DNA of 64,000 nucleotides from Bugula neritina (taxonomy: Eukaryota > Animalia > Bryozoa), in assembly GCA_964035545.1 (NCBI GenBank), contig OZ037765.1, positions 1,488,001-1,552,000 on the forward strand, in the 5' to 3' direction. Shown one piece after another: positions 15,801-28,900 of this stretch. A program made the position numbers and the translations under genes. The notes under the pieces were generated by a model, which was not told the DNA's origin, did not search any database, and saw nothing but the letters and a program-made list of their open reading frames with translations. Each line of letters opens with the position of its first letter. The stretch's first letter is position 1.

Positions 15801-17303
15801 AGGAATGGGGACTATAAACTCACAACAAGTTTTTTATCATTTCTAACACAACTCTAAATCACCCTTAACCAATATTCTTATTGCATAGTCTATCACAGTT
15901 TCTATCATATTCTATAGATATCTGATGCCTACCTCACAGTTATGGTAACAGCTACTGGTGGTGGAACAGCCTGTGTCATCAATCTCAGAAATGTCAACAT
16001 ATTGAGTAACTTTCTCATTGGGTACTTTGACCCAGTATGTGTTGAGTTGTTGAACAAATGTGGCGCTGTAAGCATCATAAACCAAGTAGTCATAAGCTGT
16101 AATCTAGGTCAGCCTTTCAAAGTCAATGAACTTCCTTATAGGAGTCATGCGGTGCATTTAGCTATTCATTTATCAAAAACAAAAACATTTCTTATGCTCT
16201 TTGGGATTAGAATATTTTACTAGCAATAAATGAATCTCAAGAATATTAACAAATTCAAAGGTTTATTTAAAATGACTTACTAAAAGACAATGTTGCCCAC
16301 ACCACTATCAGGGGCGGTCCATGTTAATACAATCTCATCTCTTTGGGGGTCTGAGGAGCTGAAGTTTAGTGTGTGAGTCCCTCCCTACAAACAGGCAACT
16401 CTTCTATGAAACCTTGCTGAAGGTACAACAAAGTTTTGTGCTTTGATTTCTATTACATGTTAAAAAACTATCATTCTGAGACTTGGCCTCGGATAAACTT
16501 TGCTATCTGCACATTAATGGCCCCATCATTATTTCCTTGTGAGGGACATCTATATTGTCTACTTTCTCAAAAAACTTATTGAGGAAACAAAACAAATAAA
16601 AGTTTCTAGCTTTGTGATCATTTAGTAGCAAAACCACAAAATTTCATGAAAAAGCTGACTCACTCCGACACATTGAGTTTTAACATAATCTTTGTCCATT
16701 TCATTTGCAGCCATAAACGAGCCAACAGCTGTTCCTTCTTCATCATCAGCAGGGAGTGCCATGACGAGGAAGCCAGCAAATGGCTGACTTCCTTTCAAAG
16801 TAACTACAAGGAGAAATCAATTTATTATACAGTACATAATAATATGCATTTAAAAACTGCGCTTATAAACACACATCGATTCATACACATACGAAAACAT
16901 GCTATCCTATGAGACTAGTGAATCTGAAAGATTCAATTTGATCAGAAAATATAAAAGCATATACTATATACAAAAATATTAGAGCATAAAAGCTAGATAG
17001 TGCAATAGAAAAAGCATTAGGGTATATGAGCAAAGAAGCGGACATGTTCATTAAACCTGAAGTTGATAGAAATTCCTTCAGCAGACTAATAATTGACATA
17101 CCCGTTATAGATTCTCCTTCACTGTAGGTATCCCGACTAAGTTCAATGCCGTACGGAGATTCGGTAGTTTGCGCTGCAGCTCCATGGCCTGGCATCATAG
17201 AAGAGTTAGTACACGCATCACTTCCTGCTCCAGTTGGATTTGCATGAAGTTTTCTGATGGACAGCACAAGTAACAACAACACTGCGTCCTTCCAGTTCGC
17301 CAT
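12814..17303 (-). CDS. Reeler + DOMON domain protein (FRRS1/SDR2 ectodomain-like), GPI-type tail, no cytochrome b561 (~404 aa); exons 17303-17102, 16803-16664, 16384-16281, 16065-15933, 15553-15422, 15209-14997, 14337-14211, 13930-13796, 12842-12814
   Basis: Signal MANWKDAVLLLLVLSIRKLHA. Reeler motifs AC..MMPGHG..PY, FAGFLVMA..VGSF, WTAP..GNIVFYATFVQ..YW. Linker GCSTTSSCY. DOMON GYVAVGISPGQTM..IIAC..DGIMTCQF..FIARG..IKQH. Acidic/Gly spacer and tail DNAAVTSSRAGYLLTLTWVLLAFSFY*. 1215 nt in frame. Confidence 0.88.
13035..13130 (+). mobile_element. SINE relic, family B (gttggtgatg..ggaagggcatcc core)
   Basis: aaagttggtgatgctaggaagggcatccaatcataactgctctttgtca resembles 50687-50738 aaagtcgttggtgatgtctgaaaaatcatctgatcataattgcttttgtgtca. 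Confidence 0.45.
13381..13790. repeat. 26-bp minisatellite (gtagtatactgtagtgatgtaatgta), ~15 copies, at the start of the last intron of the Reeler-DOMON gene
   Basis: Direct inspection. Confidence 0.93.
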
Positions 17304-18228
17304 TTTGTAAGAAATTGAGCTGCCCTGTGACAAGACTAAGCAAACAACCTGTTTGCAAGCAGAATATCCGACGTGTGCATACAATTCATTGAGTTTGAAT
17401 AGAATGAATAGATATATAAATCAATATCATTCTTGTGCTTTGTTGTAAATCTATAGCATAGCCTTAATGTATTGCAAACTAAAACATCTGACAGCCTTGA
17501 TTAAGCATAGCTTTGCGTCCTGTGAAGCAATAAATTTGTTGAAGCTATACATTAAAAACAATGAGTAGGCCTTAGGGTTTTTGGTCTGTAGCCTAGATTT
17601 TATTGCTCGAAAATTTTGGGGTTTAGCAGGTAGATAACCAAAGATTCTTATTAAATCAGAAAAACGTTGCAACTTACATAATTCTAAAGTTGTTCTGGGG
17701 TCTTCTTTCTAAATTCTGCAAAACAACTCAAAACATTACTAGAGTTGCCTTTATTTTTATTTCAATTGAGACCTGTAAATTATATTTCATTCTGTGCAGG
17801 AAAATGATTAGATTATTAGTGTAGAAGTTTTCTAAACTGAACTCAGTAAACTAGAAGCACTCTGTAGCTGCAGCAATTTTGTGTAAGATGATAGAAATAA
17901 TTTTTATATTACTTTGAGTTTTTTTAAACCTGAAAGTTGCAGTTTCAAGCAAAAACTTTAATACAGCCTCTACTCTTTAGATAGAATCATATTGAAATCA
18001 AGCCAAGGCACATATATTCCAGAAGGGATATTAGGCCATTGTTATTAGGTGCAATCCTACACTTTGTAAACAAAACTAGCTATAACATCAAAAGAAAGTA
18101 TACATGCATGCAGTAGCAAAGCCTCTCCTAATGTAAATACAATATAATATTTAATAACAATAATACCAGGATGAGATGACCTAGATTCTAGTTGTTTAAC
18201 TTCTGACCTAGAAAGGCAGATGTGAGCT

Positions 18229-18451
18229 AGCTAGGTGAGGTGATATCAAGAGGGTGAGCTAGGTGAGGTGATACCAAGAGGGTGAGCTAGGTGAGGTGAT
18301 ACCAAGAGGGTGAGCTAGGTGAGGTGATACCAAGAGGGTGAGCTAGGTGAGGTGATACCAAGAGGGTGAGCTAGGTGAGGTGATACCAAGAGGGTGAGCT
18401 AGGTGAGGTGATACCAAGAGGGTGAGCTAGGTGAGGTGATACCAAGAGGGT
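18229..18451. repeat. 28-bp minisatellite (agctaggtgaggtgataccaagagggtg), 8 near-identical copies
   Basis: Direct inspection; one mismatch in copy 1; no spacers. Confidence 0.95.
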
Positions 18452-18924
18452 CTTGTGTCATAATTTGATTCTTAGCTACTTTAAGCTACTAACCTACATT
18501 ATAATATGTGCAGTAAAGATTTTCACAGGGATGGGAGGTTTAAACAAACAGGAGCTTGCATGTTAAGGATTTGTATTCCCTGTGGACAACTCAAAGCTGC
18601 AATCCATTGCCTCTGCAGATACACTCTGCTACTGCAGATTGCTGTTCTGTTGCTATAGCGATCTAGAGCAGGATCGGATGTTCTAGAAACATGCTTTTTA
18701 TCATTGTGAATTTTTCAAAATACTAAATTTACCATTAAAAAGGCTTTAGAGCTTCACAAACTAAAATGCAAACTTAAACGTATGCATGTGCGATATATAT
18801 GCGAATTAAACTACTCTAAGCCCATATAGGATATAGGCTTAAAGTAGTTTAATATAGAATCAAATTCAGTAATTAAAACAGCTGCACTGCAAATAAATTA
18901 GCAAAATTGTGAGTTATTCTGTGC

Positions 18925-19172
18925 TTACATTGTCACATGATTCCATTGTCACATGGTTACTTTGGCACATGGTTACTTTGGCACATGATTACACTGTCAC
19001 ATAGTTACATTGTCACATGGTTACACTGTCATATGACCACACTGTCACATGGTTACACTGTCACATGGTTACACTGTCACATGACTACACTGTCACATGG
19101 TTACAATGTCACAAGATTACGCTGTCACATGGTTACACTGTCACATGGTTACACTGTCACATGGTTACGCTG
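18925..19172. repeat. 16-bp minisatellite (acatggttacactgtc), ~15 copies
   Basis: Direct inspection. Confidence 0.93.
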
Positions 19173-19987
19173 CTTTAGTGTAGTTGGAGTGACTAAAACA
19201 GGTATTGCTTGTTTTGTATATTGAACAGATGTGCATTTCCTGTTTCTAAAAGAATTATCTGCTGCTACTGCTGCTGCTTACAGGTAGAGGACACAATGCA
19301 ACCAAGTTGGCAAGTACCAATATAATATGTGTATATTTATGTAATCATTAGATATTTTATCTTATAACCTATTCTTTTCTAACAGAACTAAGGTTGAATC
19401 AGCTATAATCAGTATACCTATAGTATAAATACTAATTAGTATAATTGATATACTCATGAAAGAGCTTTATCGTTAATATTATATGCAGTGTATCACTTTG
19501 TGGAAGATGTTTTGTTAAGACACGTTATTATTGCAAAAAACTATGCATGTACCACATTTAATGGCATGACTGTTTTGCTTGTATATAATAATAAAAATGT
19601 TATCGAGGGCAAATTTCAGCATTATAAGTGTAAATTGGCAACATTAACTTATTTCTTGCAAGTCCTTTATTTTTTTGAAAGTCATTTTTCATAAACTAGT
19701 TTTGAGCCACATGGCTATACATTTCAAAATATCCAACTTAACATATACATTGCAACTAACTATACAATTCCACATACTGTATCATATTAACATGGAGTAT
19801 GACATTGAAACTATAAATAGCCAACAAGCTAGGTTTGGCTTGCCTTTAAGCATCAGTGGTGAGGTAGTAAAGTGCTGGGTTTACTAGAGCAAAGTGACGG
19901 CTGCCTTTCACTCATCTCAACTAAATTAATTTATAATGTAGATAATTTTGAACAAAACCCTTTTTGATATCTTTTGGAAATGCAAAT

Positions 19988-22900
19988 ATGATAGTATGTA
20001 GTTTAGGTGCTGTTTCTTGGATATTTATAATTCAACATGTTTCCGGGTATAGTAGTGGAGCCCCACCAATTGTCTGTCGCAACAATACCATGGATCCTAC
20101 GTCAGGTCATGGCCCGGGACCTAGCACCAACCCCCCTTATAGGATGCTAATTGACTCTCAGACTTATTCTCCAGGACAACTGATCAACAGTGAGTGATTT
20201 ATTAATCAAGGTTTTGTTTTATAGTTAGCTTTGTTGTTGTCAATACATTGTGTACTATTTATATATTAATGTATACTAATATTATTTCTGTACTAATATA
20301 TACTAATATTATTTCTGTACTAATATATACTAATATTATTTCTATACTAATATATACTAATATTATTTCTGTACTGATATATACTAATACTATCTCTAAT
20401 ATACTAACATATACTAATATTATTTCTATATCATTCTATATTAATATAATATTATTTCCTATATACTGTTTCTTTACTCTGATATACCGTACTAATAATA
20501 ATTTTATAATTTCTACTAAAATCAGTTCTACAATACTATATATATACTAATACTATATTTTGATTCTATATTTCCTTTCCCAAAGATTCAACTATGCTAT
20601 AATGTATAATTAATTTCTTTAAAAAGCTCTAATAGGCTTCCCACCTTTATATTTTTTCTGTTTACCCAACTCTGACACTATCACTGCATCTTAATGTATG
20701 CTTCAGTCACGCTTACCTACAAACTTAATAAACCAAGAGCCAATTTCCAAGGTTTCCTAGTCATAGCCTGTAGTTCCAACGACCCTACGGCCAGGCCTGT
20801 TGGCTCTTTCACTGCATTCAACACAAATCAACAAGATCAAGTGAAACGATTATGTCGTGGAAGGGTCAGTCATTGGTTTGTCTGTATGTGTGTCTGTCTG
20901 TGTGCCTGTCTATGTGTCTAATGCACGTTGTGTCTGTCTGTGTGTCTGCCTGTCTGTTTGTCTCTCTGTCTGTTTGTTTGCATGTTTTTTGTCTGTCTGT
21001 CTCTGTGTGTGTCTGTGTGTGTCTGTGTGTCTGTCTATCTGTCTACTTGTATGTCTCTCTGTTTGTCTACCTGTTTATATGTATATCAATCTGTTGAGTC
21101 TTTCTAGTTTGTTAAATTAAAGTTACAGCGATTTGAAAAGCAGCCTAATAAACTAATATCAAAGTGTTGATAACTTCCAATGTGAAACTATGTCACACTT
21201 TTAAATTTTTAGCCTTTAGAGAATTTTACTTTTTGTTTCAGAAACGCTGCGAGTTATATTGCTTATTTTTCAATTGGCATTCTTCTCTAATTTTGAGATA
21301 AAAGAAGTTGAATGTTCTATTCATGACTAACTCGTATTGTTTAATGAAGTTTAACTTTCTGCTTGCATTACACAAGTTGTTGAGTTTATATGTATCTAAA
21401 CCAATTTAGATTGCAAAGTAATGCTAACCAATTTAAAAGTAAAATATAACTTTCGAATTTAGACTTTATTGAACCTTTTTATACAGGGCATAACACAGAC
21501 CAGTGAGTTCAAAGTAGGTCCAGCAAAGCGCTTTTTCAAATTGCAATGGACAGCACCTAGTGGTAACTTTGGTCAATTACAATTCTAGTGAGTATTTTAA
21601 AGTAGCCTAAACATTCTAGTTGCTTTATTATTAAAATTGTTAATTAGCCAAAGTTTTTAATCTTGTTTTTCTCATTCTATATTTAAAAAAGCATTTGTGT
21701 TTTATATTTTTTGTGATAATAGCATTCTCCAAGTCGAAAGAAAGCAATTTGGAAAATTTATTTTGTGTTACATTAGTTAGTTTACTCTTCAGTCAGCAGG
21801 AGATAAGTGTCGCTTAGCAGACCACAGGTGGCAACTTTTAACTTCAGATAGAGATGTGTGACAATAGATTAATTAAAGACAGAAAAAATTTTAATAGAAA
21901 ATTACAGAATGTATTATGTTGTTATTTCATGTATTATATACTATATAAGACTATGCCTCGAATCTATAACCATCAAATGAATTGACCACACGAAACACAA
22001 CCTATGCCTTCCGCGGTTTGAATTCCAACACCAAAGAGAATGTAAATTTCAGTGATCATGAAATTAATAGTTATGAGAAGAAGTAAAAAAAAATTTATTA
22101 TAAACCTTGAATATGATTTTGTAAATTCAAAATCAGTTTGGCAAGCGTACTTTTCAAGGACATTATTTAGGTGATAGAATACAGGGTGTCAGTTGCCATG
22201 ACAAAACCTGTCACTTGGTGAATTGACACAACCAGTTTGTAAAAAAGAAACTGACAATCACAGCTAAAAGAATTTGTTTTGCAGTGCCACAATTGTGAGA
22301 ACAGTGAAAAGATTTTGGAAAAAAATTCCAATGCAGCAGATTGAATACCTTGCACCAACAACTACAGTAACACCAACCACCACGGTACCTACAACTACTA
22401 CATTACCAACAACTACAGTACCACCAACTACCACGGCACCAACAATTACAGTACCAACAACTACCACAGCACCAACAAGTACAGCGCCACCAACTACCAC
22501 AGTACCAACAACTACCACTGTACCAACAACTATCACGATACCAACAACTACAGTACCACCAACTATCACGGTACCAATAACTACCACGGCACCAACAACC
22601 ACGGCACCAACAACTACCACGGTACCACCAACTATCACGGTACCAACAACTGCAGTACCAACAATTACAGTACCAACAACTACCACGGTACCAACAACTA
22701 CCACTGTGCTTACAACTACAGTACCAACAACTACAGTACCACCAACTACCACGGTACCAACAACTACCACGGTACCAACAGCTGCAGCACCAACAACTAC
22801 CACGGTACCTACAACTACCACGATACCACCAACTACCACAGTACCAACAACTACCACGGTACCAACAACTACGACGGTACCAACAACTACAGTACCTGCA

Positions 22901-25900
22901 ACTACCACGGTACCTACAACGGCACCTGCAACTACCACAGTACCAACGACTACCACAGTGCCAACAACTACAGTACCAACAACTGCAGCACCAACACCTA
23001 CTACTGTACCTACAACTACAGTACCAACAACTACCACAGCACCAACAAGTACAGCGCCACCAACTACTACGGTACCGACAACTACCACGGCACCAACAAC
23101 TGCAGCACCAACAACTACAGTACCACCAACTACAACGGTACCAACAACTACCACGGTACCAACAACTACAGTACCAACAACTACCACAGTACCAACAACT
23201 ACAATACCAACAACTACCACGGTAGCAACAACTGCAGCACCAACAACTACCACTGTGCTTACAACTACAGTATCACCGACTACCACGGTACCAACTACTA
23301 CAGTACCAACAACTACTACGGTACAAACCATTACCACAGTACCAACAACTATAGTACCAACAACTACCACGGTACCAACAACTACCACGGCACCAACGAC
23401 TGCCACAGTGCCAACAACTACAGTACCAACAACTGCAGCACCAACAACTACTACGGTACAAACCATTACCACAGTACCTACAACTATCACAATACCAACA
23501 ACTACCACGGTACCAACAACTACCACAGTACCAACAACTACCACGGTACCAACAACTACCACCGTACCAACAACTACCACGGTACCAACAACTGCAGCAC
23601 CAACAACTACCACGGTACCACCAACTACCACGGTACCAACAACTACCACGGTACCAACAACTACCACGGTACCAACAACTACCACAGTACCAACAACTAC
23701 CACGGTACCAACAACTACCACGGTACCAACAACTACCACGGTACCAACAACTGCAGCACCAACAACTACCACTGTACCTACAACTACAGTACCAACAACT
23801 ACCACGGTACCAACATCTACCGCGGTACCAACAACTACCACAGTACCAACAACTACCACGGTACCTACAACTACCACGGCACCAACAACTACAGTGCCAC
23901 CAACTACCACGGTACCAACAACTACCACGGTACCAACAACTACAACAGTACCAACAACTACCACGGTACCAACAACTACGACGGTACCACCAACTATCAC
24001 GGTACCAACAACTAAAGTACCACCAACTACCACGGTACCAACAACTACCACGGTACCAACAACTACAACAGTACCAACAACTACCACGGTACCAACAACT
24101 ACGACGGTACCACCAACTATCACGGTACCAACAACTAAAGTACCACCAACTACCACGGTACCAACAACTACAGTACCAACAACTACCACTGTACCTACAA
24201 CTACAGTACCAACAACTACCACGGTACCAACAACTACCACGGTACCAACAACTACGACGGTACCAACAACTACAGTACCTACAACTACCACGGTACCAAC
24301 AACTACAACGGTACCTGCAACTACCACAGTACCTATGACTGCTATAACATCAACAATTGCAGCACCAACAACTTCAGCACCAACAACTACAGTACCACCA
24401 ACTACCACGGTACCTACAACTACCACGGCACCAACAACTACAGTGCCACCAACTACCACGGTACCAACAACTACCACGGTACCAACAACTACAACAGTAC
24501 CAACAACTACCACGGTACCAACAACTACGACGGTACCACCAACTATCACGGTACCAACAACTAAAGTACCACCAACTACCACGGTACCAACAACTACAGT
24601 ACCAACAACTACCACTGTACCTACAACTACAGTACCAACAACTACCACGGTACCAACAACTACCACGGTACCAACAACTACGACGGTACCAACAACTACA
24701 GTACCTACAACTACCACGGTACCAACAACTACAACGGTACCTGCAACTACCACAGTACCTATGACTGCTATAACATCAACAATTGCAGCACCAACAACTT
24801 CAGCACCAACAACTACAGTACCACCAACTACCACGGTACCTACAACTACCACGGCACCAACAACTAGCGTGCCACCAACTACCACGGTACCAACAACTAC
24901 CACGGTACCAACAACTACAACAGTACCAACAACTACCACGGTACCAACAACTACGACGGTACCACCAACTATCACGGTACCAACAACTAAAGTACCACCA
25001 ACTACCACGGTACCAACAACTACCACGGTACCAACAACTACAACAGTACCAACAACTACCACGGTACCAACAACTACGACGGTACCACCAACTATCACGG
25101 TACCAACAACTAAAGTACCACCAACTACCACGGTACCAACAACTACAGTACCAACAACTACCACTGTACCTACAACTACAGTACCAACAACTACCACGGT
25201 ACCAACAACTACCACGGTACCAACAACTACGACGGTACCAACAACTACAGTACCTACAACTACCACGGTACCAACAACTACAACGGTACCTGCAACTACC
25301 ACAGTACCTATGACTGCTATAACCTCAACAATTGCAGCACCAACAACTACAGTACCAACAACTACAGTACCAACAACTACCACGGTACCTACAACTACAG
25401 TACCAACAACTACCACAGTACCAACAACTACCACGGTACCAACAACTGCAGCACCAACAACTGCAACACCAACAACTACAGTACCACCAACTACCACTGT
25501 ACCTACAACTACAGTACCAACAACTACCACAGTACCAACAACTACCACAGTACCAACAACTACCACGGTACCAACAACTATCACGTTACCAACAACTGCA
25601 GTACCACCAACTACCACGATCCCAACAACTATAACGATACCAACAACTACAGTACCACCAACTACCACGGTACCAACAACTACAGTACCAACAACTACCA
25701 CTGTAACTACAACTACAGTACCAACAACTACCACCGCACCAACAACTACAGCACTACCAACTACCACGGTACCAACAACTGCCACAGTACCAACTACTAC
25801 AACGGTACCAACAACTACCACGGAACCAACAACTACCACGGTATATACAACTGCAGCACCACCAACTACCACAGCATCAACAACTACAGCACCAACAACT

Positions 25901-28900
25901 ACCACGGTACCAACAACTGCAGCACCAAAAACTGCAGCACCAACAACTACAGTACCTACAACTACCACGGTACTTACAACTACTAAGGTACCAACAATTG
26001 CAGCACCAAGAATTGCAGCACCAACAACTACGGTACCACCGACTACCACGGTACCAACAACTGCAGTACCACCAACTACCACGGTACCAACAACTGCCAC
26101 GGTACCAACAACTACCACAGTACCCAGAACTACAGTACCAACAACTGCAGCACCAACAACTACCACAGTACCAACAACTACCACAGTACGAACAAATAGC
26201 ACGGTACCAACAACTACCACGGCACCAACAACTACCACGGTACCAACAACTACAGTACCACCAACTACCACGGTACCAACAATTACAGTACAAACAACTA
26301 CCACAGCACCAACAAGTACAGCGCCACTAATTACCACGGTACCAACAACTACCACAGTATCAACAACTACCACGGTACCAACAACTACAGTACCACCAAC
26401 TACCACGGTACCAACAATTACAGTACCAACAACTACCATAGCACCAATAAGTACAGCGCCACCAACTACCACGGTACCAACAGCTACCATGGTACCAACA
26501 ACTGCAGCGCCAACAACCACAACAACAGTCACTACTACTGCAACGCCCACCACTACTACGACATCCACTACTGGTACAAAACCCACTACTGCTACGACAC
26601 CCACTACTACTACGACACCCACAACCACAACAACAGCTACCACTAAGACAACACCCACCACTACTACAACACCCACTACTACTACGACACCAACGACCAC
26701 CAGAACACCCACCACTACTACGACAACCAAGACCACCACAACACCCGCCACTACTACAACACCCACTACTACTACGACACCAACGACCACCAGAACACCC
26801 GCCACTACTACAACACCCACTACTACCACAACACCCACCACTACTACAACACCCACTACTACTACAAGACCCGCTACTACCACAATACCCACTACTACTA
26901 CGACACCCACGACCACAACATCAGCCACCACTACTACAACACCCACCACTACTACAACACCAACTACTACCACAACACCCACCACTACTACAACACCCAC
27001 TACTACTACAACACCTACCACCACCACAACAGCCACTACTACTAAGACATCCATGACCACAACATCAGCCACCACAACTACAACACCCACCACTACTACA
27101 ACACCCTTGACCACCACAACACCCGCCACTACTACAAGACCCACTACTACCACAATACCCACTACTACTACGACACCCACGACCACAACAACAGCCACCA
27201 CTATTACAACGCCCACTACCTCCACAACATCTACCACTACTGCAACACCCACTACTAGTTCAACACCAAAAACCACCATAACACCCACTACTACGACAAC
27301 ACCCACGACCACAACAACAGCCACCACTACTACAACACACACCACTACTACAACACCTACAACTACTACTGTACCAACGACTACAACAGTTCATACAACG
27401 GCCACAGTACCCACAACTACCACAGTACCAATAGTTGCTACATTACCTAAAACTGGTACGATACCTGCAACTACCACTGTACCAACGACGAGTACAGATT
27501 CTCCAACTCAAACTGTGGCTACAACTACAACACTCACTACTACCACGTCACCTACCACTACTACAACACCCACTACTACTACGACAAACAACACTACCAC
27601 AACTATCACAACACCCACAACCACAACAATACCCACAACTACTACAACACCCACTACTGCAACAACACCCACCACTACTACAACACCCATTACTACTACG
27701 ACACCCATTACTACTACAACACCCGCCACTACAACAAGGCCCGTCACTACTAAAGCACCCCCAACTACTACAACTCCTTTGAGCAACACAACACCTATCA
27801 CTACTACAACACCCACTACTGCTACAACACCCACTACTAGTACAAAACCCACTACGACGACAACACCCACCACTACCACAGCACCAACAACTAATACAAC
27901 ACCAAAAGCCACCACAACACTCACTACTACAACAACACCCACGACCACAACAACATCCACCACTACTACAACACCAACCACTACTACAACACCCACTACT
28001 ACCACAATACCCACAACTACTACAACATCCACAAAGTCTACAACACCCACGACCACAACAATGCCCACCACGACTACACCACTCACCACTACCACCACAA
28101 AACCTATCACTACTACGACACTCACTACTACTACGACACCCACCACTACTGCAACACCCACCACTACCACAACACCTACAACTAATACAACGGCCACTAC
28201 CACCACAACACCTACCACTACTACAACACCCACTACTACTACAACACCCACGACCACAACAACGCCCACCACTACTACAACACTCACCACTACCACAGCA
28301 CCAACAACCACATCAACAGCCACCGCTACTACAACACCCACAACTACTACAATGCCCACTACCGCCACAACACCTACCACTACTACAACACCCACTACTA
28401 CTACGACACCCACGACCACAACAACAGCCACCACTACTACAACGCCAACTACTACGACACCCAAAACTACCACAACTACCACAACACCCACAACCACAAC
28501 AAAAGCTACTACTACAACACCCACAACTACTACAAAACCCACTACCACCACAACCCCTCTCACTACTACAACACCTACCACTACCACAACACCCACGACC
28601 ACAACAACAGCCACCACTACTACAACACCCAGTACCGCCACAACACCTACCACTACTACAACACCCACTACTACTACGACACCCACGACTACAACAACAG
28701 CCACCACTACTACAACGCCCACTACTACGACACCCAAAACTACCACAACTACCACAACACCCACAACCACAACAAAAGCTACTACTACAACACCCACAAC
28801 TACTACAAAACCCACTACCACCACAACCCCTCTCACTACTACAACACCTACCACTACCACAACACCCACGACCACAACAACGCCCACCACTACTACAACG

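Noticed and set aside
18229-18451. 28-bp repeats (and the 31-bp repeats at 63511) as a CRISPR array
   Set aside because: Head-to-tail units without spacers, no cas genes, eukaryotic context
24357-27782. Gln/Arg/Tyr-rich alternative-frame ORFs (YQQLPR repeats)
   Set aside because: Shifted readings of the mucin repeat with non-ATG starts
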